Positions 1-14,864 of a stretch of DNA of 64,000 nt are shown here, in pieces. A program made the position numbers and the translations under genes. This DNA comes from Gordius albopunctatus (lineage: Eukaryota), in the NCBI GenBank assembly GCA_964276515.1, contig OZ193909.1:11036001-11100000 (forward strand), given 5' to 3'. Every line of letters starts with the position of its first letter. Positions within the stretch are counted from its first letter, which is position 1. Below the pieces are notes generated by a model, which ran no database searches, was not told where the DNA came from, and saw nothing but the letters and a program-made list of their open reading frames with translations.

Positions 1-560
1 CGATATGGCGATCGTTACCACTTATCTTCGAAACCGCGAGGATTTGTGTTCAATATAAATGGAAAGCAATTTAGTCAAATCGACTATAGGCTTACACGAC
101 GAAAGCGATTATAGAATAATGAATACTAAGTAATACACGGAGAAAAAATACCCAGGCAAAATTTTCTACCTATTATGGATCATGAAAAACTATTTATGGA
201 GAGAATAAAGGTTTATGAACCTCTAATTCGACACGAATTTCTAACGGATATAGACGAACTATAAGACCATAATAAAGCCTACACACTGGGGGGGGGGGGG
301 GGGTACCAGAAGTTGTGGCGGAATGTAGACGATGATTGGGACACGCCAGGTTCTAGGAAAGTTTTGAATAAGGAAATATGTTGGTGTGATCAATCGATTA
401 GGGATTTTATAAAAGGAAAACTATATAAAAGGGGGTCTTACTAAAAAATCGAGTATTATTAAAAATATAGTGTTAATAGAGAGCCATGAATAGGCCCTTG
501 CATTGGCGAAGAATGCTGCTTACACCTTTAGTGAGAGAGGAGGAATATAATTTATTACAC
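1..560 (+). mobile_element. Degenerate RTE-clade LINE fragment (APE/linker region)
   Basis: Colinear with 26442-27100, e.g. 'atggcgatcgttaccacttat' vs 'atggcgatcgttaacacctat' and 'tttagtcaaatcgacta' in both; many indels and stops. Confidence 0.8.
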
Positions 561-1500
561 GATAAAAGAACAATGATCCAAAACTTATAAAAGAGTGAGT
601 TTATATAGCGATAGATAAGGATAACATTCAAATGAAAGTTGATTCTGTGTGTGTATTCTTTCTATTTTCACCTTGTACGTATTACAACCAAATCTTTCGA
701 AGGTAAGTGTAATTTGTTTCCCTACACACCAATATGGCAAACAAGCGATCCTAAAGGGGATTACATGCTTAGGCACAATTAATAAAAATGGAAAATAAGC
801 GCAAAAATTTTATGTTAAGCATGTCTGATAGATAAGTGGATGGGCGTAGCTAGGATTCGAATTAAAAGAGGGCAAAAATTATTTAGGAAGGGGCAAAATT
901 TTAATTATAGCCATAATTTGATAAAACCTTTAAAAAAAGGTAGAAGGGGATTATATCCGTATTTTAAGGCAAAGGACCCCTCAGGAGTGTAGCAATTATA
1001 AACTTAAGATTGAAGCCATTACTCCAGAGAACTAATCAGAGCGCAGACTCACACGTCCCTTCACAAATAAAGTTTTTGCTCGCAGTGCGATGCATTAAAT
1101 AATTGCTATATTGTGTGTAGAATATGTTAGTTTGTTCAACGATGTAAGAGATGCCTGGCTTGTTCATCTACCTGTGAGTTGCAACTGATATAGTTAATCA
1201 ATTAAAAATCTACCCCTAGTATAAGCGGTAAATATTGCGAAAGTAACGAACTAATCAGCCTCATCCTGGATCGATAACTAAGTTAACTTCTAGCCACGCG
1301 TGCCTTGAGCCTCACACAAAAATGACCTAAAAGTAAGATAATTGGACAATCATCAAAGGGAACACTAGCCCGGCGTCTCAATTTCTATATGAGAAGGTTT
1401 ATGTAAACGTTCAGGTGCGGTATATTTACAAATAGATTCAACAAAATCATTTATAATTTCAATTATTGTAACAAGTTCGCACTAGTCCACCAAATCAATT

Positions 1501-4500
1501 ATGTCTAGGCGAGGACGAAGTAACTTTTAATTTTTAAACAAATTTAAATATTTCAAATAGCTAGTAAGTTCAATCATAAAGGGAGAGCAAGATGTTTTAC
1601 AGCCCCTGATGAGATGCAAAGGCAATTTGAAAAGGCCAAAGTAGCTACAATATCATAACTACATATAGGTATCTATTTAGCGTCAAGATGATGAAGAAGT
1701 CTCTGCCGAAGAAAACAGTGAAAAGTCAAGTGACAGTAACGAGGAGGAAGAAGAAGTTGTGGTATTGATATATTAAAAAAATACTTTTATGCCTTAGACC
1801 AGTAAAATATTTAAAATAATTATTTAAATCAAATTTTTAAATTAACTATAAATTTTTGTCATGTAACATGAATTTGATTATATGTTATTATATATTTGGA
1901 TTTGTTTAATTAATACATTTACTCTAAAGATCAGATCAACTATATATTTTGCTTGAGGAAAACTTAATTTAAGATACTCATAAATCACTGATCTTCATAT
2001 ATATATAAAATAATTAAAATTTTGTCATTTATTTTATAAAATCTTATTAGAGTTATTATAAAAATAAGCTACTTTTATTTTTATATAATATCTTAAGACC
2101 TGCACTGCCAGGCTTGTACAATTTTTTAGTCTAATAATATTATCAGCCATAAGGGAACCATGAATACTTAGGCTGGGCCTATTTATAAATAAAGCCTAGC
2201 TCTGGCTTGTAAAATAAAAATATGTTTTTAATTGCTAGTGATATTTCCTCATCATTTATTCATAAAATTATATGTGAATTTTGAATTAGTGGATCCCAAA
2301 GTTTATATTTGTATTTGGGCTACATTAGCCATTAGTAAAATATTTTCTAACAATGGGTCTCATACTGGAAAATATAAATCTGTTTAAGACCAAGACCTAT
2401 TAAATTTTTTATTGACAGCTAAATTATATTATTTAGCTGGTTCATAAAATTTCAACCCCACTCTCAACACTTATTTTTTATTATAAGCAGTTAGCCTTAA
2501 TTTTATCAATAAAAAATACCATTATGAATCTTAATACTCATAATTTTTTCAGCCTACCAAGCAAAAAGGTCTGCATGGCTTAATTGAAATTGAAAATCCT
2601 AATAGAATCCCCGTGAAACCTAAAAAAGTTGAAAATTTAGATGTCGAACCAAAGGTGCAACTTTCCAGAAAGGAGAAGTATATTTATATTTTTTTATAAA
2701 TTTTATCAGTTTTTAATAACAACATTAAATTGAAATATTGCAAGAATGATTTTTTTATATGTTATTTGTTACATTTTTTGTAAAAAATAAATTGTTATTT
2801 TATACTATTGACTTATAAATTTTTTTGTTATAAATCATTAAAGACTATATTATTTATGCAGCATTTTAGAATAATTATAGCCAAAAAATAATTCTTATAA
2901 TATAGTTTAAAAAAGATTTTTGGTGTAAAATGTATAAAATTGGGATTGTAAAGTGGATATAAATCTTAATCATTTTCTACCCAATGGTTATTTAGGAATT
3001 TGAATCATGTTCACATTATAATTCATTGCTAATTTAAATTTTACATATGATTTACAATTTTAATCTTCAATAGTTTATAAGCATGATTTGTTTCTTATTT
3101 GCATACAATTTAATAGATTTTAAACCTTTTAATGCTCTGGTCCAATAGTATAAAGAGATGTTAAAGGGGTCTTGAAGCCTTAAAACATTAACAGTATTAT
3201 TGTTGGCCTATTTGTAAAATTAACTTTAAAACTTTACATGCATAACATCTAATCCTTAAAGAACAAATTGGTGATATAATATCACTTAGTATAAAGATAT
3301 GCACAACTAAATTATACAAAAAATCTGCAAACTTAATCACATAATTTTTTTGATAACCTACAAAATATATTTAGTGGGTTATAATAACTTATATTTCTCA
3401 TAATTTGGTTGTTTGTAGATAATATAATGAGACTTATTGAAGAATAAATAAATACCTTATATTGAAAAAGGGGTGCAACAATTTTTGGCAAAGAGGTTAT
3501 TTTTATTGAATAAAGCAATGATGTATTTCTAAAGGTAGACTACAATATTATGTTTGTGCTATAGGAGATGGCTGTTTCTATCCCATTTTTCAATTTTCTT
3601 TAGTCAAATATGTCCTATAAAACGCTTTGATGCTGCGAGATCTTATATTACAATCATTAGTAAAAGCCTTTCATGTTTTCCAATGTAAATGATGCTACTA
3701 TTCTAAATTTTGCAAATCAAATTATTTCGTCGAAAGGGTTATAAATAGTTATTTTGAAGGTTTTGATCGAGAATACCAATAATTATATTTAAAAAGTCAT
3801 GATTACTTAGAAACCTAAGTATTGGGTGGAAATGAGTTCATTATAATTAATATATATTAAGAAGATATCGTCTGTGTAGCATTAAAAGTTGTAAGATTGA
3901 TCAACTATTTTAAAGTTCGTCTTCACAAAAGAAGAAGCTATTATATTTGCTAATAATAATGCTATAAGCGCTGCCCAACCCCTCAGTCAGGTCATAATTT
4001 ATAATCTAATATTTGTAGCTATGAAAATTAGTGACAATTAAAACCTTGTTTTCTACGCACTATTTCAGATTTGGGTAATTTTTGGTGAGGGTCTAGGTAG
4101 AGCCCTGCAAAATGAAATTTCTCCTGCCCGGCCCGAGCCCGAAAGATTTTTTTATCTTGGACTCGACCCGAGCCCGACCCGATTTTTAAATAAAATTTTT
4201 GGGAAATATATTTTTGAAAATTATTTCACCATCTTAATATAAAATGCATTAGATCGTTATTACACGTATTTACAACTAGGATAAGTTTGAAATAAAAAAG
4301 ATTTCACTCATTATAATTTATTCGGTTAATCATTTAAAGCTAAAAATTTAACTTTATAATATATCTTTTTAACAGTTCAAACAAAGAAAACCTTTTGAAA
4401 TATTTACTTATCTTATTTCTAAAGTTGTAACAGCTACTATAAATCTATTTAAATACTAGAATAAGATTTGCAATTCAGGTCAGTTATATTATAATAGACA

Positions 4501-7078
4501 AGGGAAAAAGCTAAAGTTTGGAAGCTATATAATGTACGCTGTGCGAAAAATAATTATTTAATATCGAATTTTATTTAAATCCTATTTTATATGAGATTAA
4601 TTTGTTTTAGTTCGATTCGGACCGGCCTCGGGTCGGGCCGCGACATCAGGCCCGAGCTCGAGGCCCGATTATATTATTTTTCCCGAGCCCGGCCCGAAAC
4701 CTGATCGGGTCGGGGTTCGGGCGGCCCGTGCAGGGCTAGGCCCTAATCATTGTATTAATTTTTAAAGCGTATTTTTTGGGCTACTACTTTTCAAGCCATG
4801 GACGTTCAAAGCCTGTGTGAATTTGTTGTTAATCATCGCATATTTTTAACACTTATACCTTTTAATTATATATTACCAAAATAAAGACTATACTACAAGA
4901 AAATCTAACTCTTATTCTGAATCGGGCTGGAAACATTCTTCTTGCACCTGGCAAAATCACGTTCAGCCCTATTTTATTATTTATATTGAAATTTCTTTTA
5001 GTTTAATTTAACCTTAAAAAATTATTACCACCAAAAACCTCAAATTTTTTATGGTCAAGTTAATAAAAAACATAAAAAATCTTAAATCGTTCCTATAAAG
5101 TCACACATTTGATAAAGTCATCAAATTTTAATCTTCAGACACTAAATATTTTTAGATGCGGCATAAATTATTTAAAAAAAAATAAAAAGGTTTGGTAAAT
5201 AAACAATATTAGAATATAATTAAGCTAAAATTTTAATTATTGGGGCCAATTTCAACAAGCCATGACAAATACCCTTAAATCCTTTAAAGGTATATTAGCA
5301 AAAAATGTTTGTAATGCTATATCGACTAATTTCGGATACATCTAAATCGTCAGATATTTAATACATTTAATATGAATAATGGCTAAGAGTATAAAGACAT
5401 TACCATAAATTCAAGGGTTGCGAAAAAGTTGACCATCTTTTATATCAAATATTTATAGCGGAGTGACAGCTTTAATTTTTAAAAGTTAAGGCTTGTATTA
5501 AATTAAACTTTTGGTAATAATTTTGAACACTGCTAGGGATGAATATAGTTTTATAATATTAGGCTCAAGCATTACATTGGATCGATTCAGTAAATAGCAT
5601 CCTAGCGTTTTCGGCTCTTTTAATGTTAATAGCCCAAAAATAGTTGGCCAAAAATGACTAATCTTTTCACGGATTACTACAATATATGGAGCCTACACCT
5701 TCCACAAAAAATATCCAGATTTGAATTGTTCAATTGTTTTTTGACGATACGACCTAGAATAGGCCTAATACAATATCTTTATACATAATTAATGAACCAT
5801 CTCGTCTTGTAATTAGGTAATTAATCCTTATTTTCCAACAAAAACAAATTTTAAAAGGTTACTAAATGCTCCGTAAAAACATGAAGTTTTTCAAATTCCT
5901 AGGCATCCATAAATATTTATATTTAGACACTTTTATGATTATAATATGTGTATACAAATAAACAATCTTTTGTGATTAATTACTTCCCAATAGTTTTTTA
6001 TCAAAAACATATTTGAGTACCCTCATCGGCCTAGCTGCCAACTTGACAATTATATCCATCTAGTTTATAAAACTTTTCAGCAAGTTCAGTATGATCTAGG
6101 CGTCTAATTTTTAAAGCTAAAAACCTTTGACCTTTATCAATCTAAAACACGGAACAAGGTGGTTTAAGCCTTTTCAACGTTATCATCAGCATGTTTGAAA
6201 ATTAATAGAAATTTTCTTAAAATGATGGAAATTTCATTTCAATCACTTAATTTGCGCTTTAATTTTTTCTTTAAACTTTTTATTTAATGGTAAAAATGCC
6301 TCTTAGTTTATTAATGTTATTTAGAAACAGGTTAAAAGTTATTTCTGATATTTTTTAACTACACAATTACAGAAATGTATGTTAAATATAAATCCAAATT
6401 GATTTGTTAGTAATTTTCTAAATCATTACATTGTTAGGGAAGCCATTGAGAAGGAGCGTGCTACTCAAAGATATGAATTACTACATTCCCAAGGCAAAAC
6501 AGAAGAAGCTCGTAAAGATTTAGAACGACTCGCTTTGATTAAACAAAAACGTGAGGAGCAAGCTGCAAAGAAAAAACTGGAGGCTGAAGGTATAATTAAT
6601 GTGTCCTACTTGAACCTTTATGCAATACAATTTGGAAATTTCAAACAACATCTTATACAATTGACAATTTGTTTAAATACTGCGCGTTTATATTTATTTC
6701 CTTGCACAAGGCGCGAAAAAAATTAATTTTAAAATATAATATCATTTTTACCTAGGTTTTATAAATATTCATCTCTATGTTCTTTAGAAATCATTTGAAT
6801 TGTTTTAAATGTGTAATTTTTGAATACACAAAATAAAGGATAATTTGATATTTAATGCACCATTTAATCTTAAATTATTATTTACCCGAAAAAATAATTT
6901 ATTAACTATGTAGGTTTGGCTGTATAAATGTTAAACACCTTTAAGAAATGTTTAAATTATGTCTTTATGATTTCTGTTATTTATATATATCATTTTTTGT
7001 GTATTGTTAATTTCAGCTAAAGATCTAGCCAAAAATGCTTCAACCTTTAAAAAGAAATCTACTCAAGAAACCTCATAA
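1501..7078 (+). CDS. PDAP1: 28 kDa heat- and acid-stable phosphoprotein / PDGFA-associated protein 1, 6 exons
   Basis: GT-AG exons 1501-1519, 1561-1640, 1681-1761, 2553-2677, 6438-6589, 7017-7078 join in frame: MSRRGRTSKFNHKGRARCFTAPDEM...KQKGLHGLIEIENPNR...QLSRKEKEAIEKERATQRYELLHSQGKTEEARKDLERLALIKQKREEQAAKK. This matches the PDAP1 motifs HKGRAR, GLIDIENPNR and GKTEQAKADLARLAIIR. Confidence 0.93.
4098..4738. mobile_element. hAT-like MITE in PDAP1 intron 4
   Basis: Inverted ends TAGAGCCCTGCA / TGCAGGGCTA with GC-rich CCCGA/GGCCCG subterminal repeats; same end type as 37370-38750; TSD not clear. Confidence 0.65.
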
Positions 7079-7408
7079 TTGGAATGCTATTGTTTTTTTT
7101 AAATGTTGATATTATTTTATGTAAAATAAACTGAGTAACTTGGCAATAACTTATGGTATTAATAGCTTGCCCAACATCTTAAGTTTGGCGTTAAAATTTT
7201 TACTGACTCGTAAACAAGTAAAAAATATATAAATTCCTAATTTACAAGGTTTATCAATAGTTTATTTCGCTTTAACAAAGTGGCATCACCTAGATTTTGC
7301 GGATTGTCCCACAGCGTGAGGTTTGTTTTGATTAGTTACTTTCATCTTGATCGAAGAGCTATTTTGTAATAGTATCTATAAATACGTTGTTCCTAGTGTA
7401 TAACACAT

Positions 7409-7789
7409 GTGATTGTTATCGTGGGTGACGAACGTGTGCAAGTTATAAGTAAATTTACGGTACCATCTAACAAGAAAGAACTACCGTCATTTTTTGGGAC
7501 TGGTGAATTATCAGGAACTTTTTATTCCTATATTGTTAAAAATTTGCTATCATCTTCTGATGTAGTTCCCTATATGCCTACTTTGTCACTAAACCTTGCA
7601 TTAAATTCATCGAAGACCGGGTTCGGCGCCGTTTTGTCCCATAAATTTGCGATAATTTACGGGGTTGAAAAGTTTAATCAATATCTTCGGGGAAGAGAAT
7701 TTACGTTAACAACCGATCAAAAGCCCTTGAAGCGGTTATTCAACTTTTTCCCCGCGAACTTAGATGCTTTAGAAAATTTAAGCATTTAA
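7409..7789 (+). mobile_element. Ty3/Gypsy pol remnant (RT thumb / RNase H)
   Basis: ORF contains SSKTGFGAVLSH and AIIYGVEKFNQYLRGREFTLTTDQKPL, typical of Gypsy RNase H; internally deleted. Confidence 0.8.
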
Positions 7790-8329
7790 CAGCTATCTAT
7801 ATATATAAAGTAAAGTGTATGTACGTGTGTGTGTATATCTCTGACTATTAGAAAAAAGACATCGTAAAAGATTAGATCATGAATCAGTCAGGAGCTTGCT
7901 ATGACTAAACTCATGGTACACCTCAACAATTCTCAACTCAACACATTCATTACATTTTACGTCAAAATGTAGGCTTGACAGATGCATTAAAATTCACTGA
8001 ATTTTTTTCAAAATGCTGCAATTTATCAATAAATTAAAATATATGAACATAAGCTTAATTATTATGTAATTATTTTATGCGAAAATTAGTATTAAATGGA
8101 TTAAGTTAATACTTTGTTATGTATAATGGGATGTCACACTATAATAAAATTGTTTAAATTTATATTTAACAACTTTGATTAAATTATATATGTACATTTA
8201 ACGTAAGGTCTTAAAACTTTCATGTTATTCCAACAATAATGTCTATTTTATTATATTTGCAATGTTCAGATAATTGTTTTAAATAATGATAATATTTTTA
8301 AAAGTATATAAGATGTCAATCAATTCATT

Positions 8330-8698
8330 ATGTTAAAATATGATGATACTATTAAACTTTATCCTTTTATTGAGCCTGAGCCAGGAAATAAAAGTTATTG
8401 TTTAGCAACTTTATACCATCGAGTCAAGTAGTATATTACACCTATATTAGTGCTTCCTACCTTAAGTTACTCATCTAGCTTGTGTTTTGGGGTTTGAGAA
8501 AAAAAATGGTTCCATTATGACCAATTTATATCTTACATACTAATTTATAAGAGCTAGAAAAAAAATATATTTGGTATAATTATTTTTAAAAGTCGAGACG
8601 AGATCGAGATTTTTCTAGGCCGAGACGAGATGGAGATTTTAATAATCGCACCCGAGACGAGATTTTGCTTTCGAGACCGAGACGACATCGAAACACTA
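8330..8698. mobile_element. Right end of GAGAC-rich hAT MITE family
   Basis: Ends in CGAAACACTA with GAGACGAGA subterminal repeats, as at 14087 and 29829; left boundary approximate. Confidence 0.6.
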
Positions 8699-9439
8699 GT
8701 TCGAGCTATCTGCTAAATGGTTTAACACATTTGGCTTCTTCGACTAACCTCTCGAGCATTTTTACAAGCTACTGTTAAAACTAATTCACCGAACAATGAG
8801 CCCTCATTGTGCTAAACTAGCATATTAAAAAGCTCATTTGCGTGCTCGGTCAAAGCACATATTTAGCATTGCTAACGCAAGCAATTTAACAACTCTAACA
8901 ATTTGCTTAAATATGGAACAGATGTGGTTAAATTTATTATCAGAGCCTAATATATACCTAAATCACGATACTTATTATAAAAAATTAATTCTCCGAAAAA
9001 CCCATCACTTTATGCCATGGAATTTGTTTTCAACTAAAACTCATGTTTTTGAATATGATCTGCATTTTTAAGATATCATTTTGTTCAGCTCTAAATGACA
9101 TTACTAAGAAAAAGAATCCGTGAATCTCTTTTAAATATAATTTTCTAAAATAAAAATGGATGTACAATAAAAATTTTAGGCTTCATTCTAATATAAATTT
9201 TAAAAATTATAATTTCAATGGCAAAGGAGAATAAATATTTAGGGCTTGCACATTCACAATCAACTTGATAATACAAAGATAAATAATGGGTAAATATGGG
9301 GGAAAGAGAAGAACTACATATGGTCTTATAATATATTTTTGAAATAAAGATTGTAAGGACGATTCCGGTTTGGGTTTTATAAAGAGGGCCCGATTTACGA
9401 CGGGTGGTAACCGAGAATCAAATAAGAATAACTCTAATT

Positions 9440-10310
9440 TATATATCAACCTGGAGAAAGCTTATGACACGGCTTCTTGCGATTTAATATGGTGATGCTT
9501 AAAAAACAAATTATACATGACGCATTTGTACGTCTTAGGAAAAATATTAATGGAGTCTTAAATTCTTGAGGACTCTAAACATTTTTGCGTTGAAGTTGGA
9601 ATACATCAAGTATCTGCTTTTTATTCAATATAATTTTGGATACAATAATGGGAGACATTCAGAAGCCATCGCCATTGCCGATGATCTAGTAATATGTGAA
9701 GAGAAAAAAAATATAGTATTCGAAAATGTCCATAAGTGGTCAAAGCGATTAGCTGAAAACGGCATACATGGAGATGAAAGTTGAAGACACTTAAGCGTTG
9801 AATAACCTATTTTAATACCCAAAAGCAGATAGGTTTAGACTATACTTGATGCTATATCAGGAGGGAAGTTGCGAATAATAAGTCAATCACTAAAAAGGGT
9901 GGCTTATATTTCTAAATCTTCCGGTAAGTGGTTTGCCATTTCAACATTAATATATTTATATAATTTTAATTGGAGGGAAACATTGGTATTAAACGCCACG
10001 AAAAAAATTAATGCAAGACACGTAAAATATATTGATATGGCTGAGTGGGGATATGCGAAGTTCGCCCTTAAACGATTCACTGTCTCAGTGTAAAAGTGGG
10101 TTTTTAACCTATAACGGACTTAATAAAATAAAATCGACTAATTTTGATCATATACTAAGAATAAATGATGCAAATCGAAAAGTATATAGAATGATGGCGA
10201 TGTCGACTAAAGTGGAAAAATCAAAAAAGATCCAGATATGGCCCTTAATCGATCAAGATGGAAGAAACTGGAAAAAAACACTATTATGGTGAAACTAAAT
10301 ACATAATAAA
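9440..10310 (+). mobile_element. Degenerate RTE LINE 3' half
   Basis: Colinear with 27700-28740 ('ggagaaagcttatgacacgg', 'aagccatcgcca', 'aagtggtcaaagcg', 'tcaagatggaaga'). Confidence 0.85.
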
Positions 10311-10459
10311 GAATTCCGGTATTTTCGTTTTATTGCTAGATATCTGTCCAAGCGATGTTACCAGAAAAAATAAAGTCACTATAATGATGATCATCATAAT
10401 TACTAAATGATATAAAGGCAATTTAAAATTAGCCTCACCCCTTTTTTACATCTGATTTC

Positions 10460-10730
10460 TCGTACTCACGAGAGTTGTTAAATTGCTCGCGTGAGTAATG
10501 CTCACTATGTGCTTTGCTTGAGCACGCACACCGAGTTGTTAATATGCGCGTTAGCACAATCTGTGCTAGCTGTTCGGTGCACTATGCAGTACAGTAGCAT
10601 ATTAAAATGCTCAAGAGATGGAGTCGAAGCAGCAAAATCTATTCAAGCAATTAGCAGATTTCCCGAGCCAAACTACGCCTGCTCCGGTCGGTGTCAAGCT
10701 CAAGGAACCCACAAAATATGAGGACATTCT
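10460..10730 (+). mobile_element. LTR-retrotransposon leader/gag-like remnant; related inverted copies at ~8700-8900 and ~14090-14510
   Basis: 'gaagcagcaaaatctattcaagcaattagcagatt' matches the reverse complement of 14335-14370; peptide KQQNLFKQLAD...VKLKEPTKY is gag-like. Confidence 0.45.
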
Positions 10731-11786
10731 CCTGGTTACGTATTTGTTTCACGAGGGACTTTTATTAACGCGTAATTTTATGTATAAAATAACCCGAACC
10801 AATTTTTATAAAAAAAAAATTGGGCATCTCAATATGCTCTAGATGAATAAACAATTTAAAAATTCTGGAAAAATTGCCTAGTTCCGGAAATAAAGGGGTG
10901 TCACCTAAAGGTTACACTGGGAGGCATAAAAACAGGCTAATTTTAAATATATTAAATATCTAAGATAAGTGAAAAAATCCCCCTCTTCCCCTGCATCAGA
11001 AAGAGGGTAAAAAATTAGGGGGGGGGGGGGCAAATACACCACCTGCCCGCCGTTCCTCCCCAGGTGAGAAAGAGGGTAAAAAATAAAAAAATTTCATAAA
11101 TAAAACATATTCTATAAAGCATAATAATTAAATATAATTTACTAGAGATTAGATTATAATACTTTTCATTATGACGTCACAATGGGAAAAGTTTCCAATC
11201 AGTGACGTCATGATACATTTATTTTTATTTTCTTAAATTAAAAGTTCATTACCTAAATCTAAATACAGCAAATATGATAACAATACAAACAAATTGATAT
11301 ATTTGCATGCCTCACCCAAAACGACCAAAACCAAACCAAAAGGTTAATAATATTATCCACCCAAACCCTTTAGGTGTTTAATCCACCCAAAGCTAAACGC
11401 CAAATGCCAAAGCCCTCCCAACAAAATTCACCTAACACTGAAAAGGCTGGGTGAAAAAAACGGCAACAACTAAAAACCAGCCAGCCGTTTTTACAACACT
11501 AGTAGCTTAGATTATTATACTTCACTGCACGCACAACAGCACACACCATGTTGATGATGATGACAATAACAACTAGCTAACACCCCCTCAGCATATACCT
11601 AATGGTCCATCAGGGTCTCTATGAGAAATAATCCACTAGTGGTCGGTTTGTAACACACCCACACTGAATGTCTTCACTAGAAAAGGAGATTAACAGTGTG
11701 GGTGTGGCTCTTTTTGTAAAGACTAAAATACCACCTGAATAGACCGTAGAGCGCGCTTTCTAGCGCCCCCTTCGCAACACTACTCT

Positions 11787-14087
11787 TATTGATGCGGACA
11801 AACCGAAAAAAATCTCGGTCTCGAGAAATTGAAAATTGGAGTCGAGATCGAGACGAGAATTTTGATGTCAAGACGAGACGAGACTTTTTCGGAGAGATCT
11901 CGACTTTTTATTGATCGTTGGATTTTATTAAATTACTAGCTGTGCCCGGCCAAGCGTTGCTTTGGCTCAGTCCTTAAGTGGTTAAATAAGTATAACCTAT
12001 TAATAAGACTTATCTAAAATGGGGTCATATATGAAATAATAATTCAAATAAATAAAATATTCATAATATTTATTTAGAACACGAATTTTATCACATCATG
12101 GATTTTATGAACCCACTATTTTTAGTATATATATAATAAGACAAACCAAATGCGAATTTTGTTTTAGTCATCAAATCCGACTAAAATCAAATATTTTTGA
12201 AAAAATTTTTGATTAATGCTATTACTTACTTATTATACAATAATACCATTATTTTATTTTTCTAGTTAGCTGATTTATTTGAAATACAATTTTCTTTAAT
12301 ATAATAAAATAATTAATTGAAAGATGGATAATTATTAAAAATATGCCTCTATGATCGACCCAATAATTTTGACCGTATACTGTAACATTTTTATTATACT
12401 TTTAAATATCTAATTCGAGAAAACTTCAGCCTTGTATGTATGACGTCATTATTGTATATGCTGCTATAAATTAAACTGGCCGGGAAATGTGCGATATTTT
12501 TAAAACGAAAAGGTATTTTAGGAATCTGAAAAAGCTATTTTACCCCTGGCATCCCTGGGCATCTACGGCTAAATTTTCGCGCGAATCGGGCCGGTAGTTT
12601 CAAAATTTAGCCCTTACATACACACATATATACATACATATATACATAGACTTTACTTTATATATATAGATTGTGTGTTTTAATTTGCATGATTTGCATT
12701 TAAGGTGTTAAGTTTAAATCAATATGTATGGAATATATTTGATATTAAAAAAATTCCCAAGTGTAGTAAATATTATATATTTTTGCAAAAAATTTAAAAT
12801 TTGACAATCATTTACCTAAGTAAGGTTGACCCATAGGGTATGTTAATGATTTTATAAATCACATATTTGTATCCATAGCATTATTAAATATTAAAAAATT
12901 TTAGGCTTAAAATGAGTTCTGATGGAATAGTAAATATTACTAAAGCATATTTATATTTAACAGTTACTCATCCTGCATAATGCGGTAATTATAAATTGGT
13001 AGTCAATCAGTTTGAATAAGTGGCTCTAGATTTTTGAGCACCCGCCTAACGATTTCAAAAGTACAATAGAGTATTTAATGATACCGTAATAGATTAAATC
13101 TAAATGATGGATTTTTTAAAAGTTTTTATGTTTCAACTAATATTATACCTCCCAAATTTTTTAATTTTAATAAGACATTATATGAATACATAGATTTGTC
13201 ATATGCATTACTTTTCACATTATACGCTGGGTTGGCAAGTGCATTTAAATTTATTATATTTCCATAATTGTGCAATATAAAATAAATACACGAACCTATA
13301 CTGTATTCGATAAATAACTATTTAATGGCAAAGTTAGTTGGAATTGGTAGATAATTATTTGGAATGTAAATTTGATTATAATGATTTCTGTCATAAATTT
13401 AAATACGTGCAATTTAAAGTTTAAAACCTTATCTTCTTAATCCTATAATAATGCTACTTTTATTGTTGTTTTTACAACGTTTTGATACTTTCATCGAGTT
13501 ATCAATTCTGTAAATAATAATATTATCCTTATAAGTCACTCTCACTTTTTGGTTTAAAACGTTAAGTAAACATGCAATAAACACTATGGCATATAATTGA
13601 TGATGGTAACAATAGGCTGTCTAGTAAGAAGCTTTAGCCAGGGTTAATAAAGGGTCTCAATTTGTTCAATTATGCAAATAAGTCAACTATAAGCGAACGT
13701 ATTATTAAGTCTATTTATAGTTGACACAAACAGTGAATTTGATACAAATGTTATAATTTGCTAGAACAATCACATTTAATTTTCTATACTTCAAATTTAT
13801 TTAGTCTTTTAGTCTGCACTTCCCATAGAAAATGTTATCTTTATGAATTAATTCATATCTATAGTCAATGAGATGTCGTGTCCCGCTAAATCTTTGAAAA
13901 GTTTGTGTATTAAAGTTTTTTAAAAAATATAAAAATTTGCCATTTGGATTTTTTAACACTTTTTAAATATTTTTAATAAAACAGGAGAAATTTTTATTCA
14001 GTATATATTTGTTTTTAAAAATTCGAGACGAGACGTGAATCCTCGTCGAGACGAGATTTTGTTTTCGAGACCGAGATCGAAACACTA
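11787..14087. mobile_element. Non-autonomous hAT element (GAGAC-rich ends) with nested Helitron
   Basis: 8-bp TSD ACTACTCT at 11779-11786 and 14088-14095; degenerate TIRs (TATTGATGCG / CGAAACACTA); GAGACGAGA subterminal repeats at both ends. Confidence 0.8.
11936..12670 (-). mobile_element. Non-autonomous Helitron (complete)
   Basis: The minus strand starts TCTATATATATAAAG plus a TATG microsatellite and ends with hairpin GCCAAAGCAACGCTTGGC and ...CACAGCTAG. Inserted between A and T with no TSD. Confidence 0.85.
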
Positions 14088-14527
14088 ACTACTCTCAGGC
14101 GCTATTTCTTTTTCTTCGTCTAGATTAAGGTCGGTATGATGGTTCCTTCTGGGATATGTTTGATAGTTGGTCGAGCACCGAGTATCGTTCAGGAAGTAGC
14201 CATACTTTGGACGGGATATTTCCCGGATTACTTGAGCTTGACATTCACCGGAGGTTGAATTATAGGGGAGAGGGTGGGGCAAAGTTCTTAAATTAATAAG
14301 TAGTAGCAATTGCTTCTAATAAATCTGCAAGGTAAATCTGCTCATTGCTTGAACAGATTTCGCTGCTTCAGTTCCGCCGCTCGAGTATATGGCCTGGTGC
14401 ATCGTATCGTATAACAAGCCACGATTGTTCTATACGCGCTTATTGAAAACCCAGTGAGCGTGCTCGCGTCTGGAGTTAAAGCAAGCTAGCAATTTAACAT
14501 CTCTAGTACTCATAATCCGATGGTAAT

Positions 14528-14864
14528 CAGAGGTCTGATTTGTGAGAATTTTTCTGCCCGAACCCGGCCCGATTTTATAATTAATCTGCCCGCCCGAACC
14601 CTTCTAAGTCTCCGCCCGGCAGACCCGAAATGGTGTTAAAATTTTTTAGCACTAATATCGTTATATCTTTTAAAAATTTTATCTTAATTTTTGATTTTTT
14701 TAATGAGAACTAGGATTAACAAACATTATGAAATCAATTAAAAGTGGCAAAATATTCAAAAAAAATCATACATTATTTTTAAAAAAAAACTGAGGCCGAA
14801 TTTTGTTATGGTGCCCGCCCGAAAGTTAAAACTTACGACAGTTGCCGGGCAGATCTGGTCTCTG
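14528..14864. mobile_element. hAT MITE
   Basis: 8-bp TSD ATGGTAAT on both sides; imperfect TIRs CAGAGGTCTGA / TCTGGTCTCTG; GCCCG subterminal motifs. Confidence 0.8.
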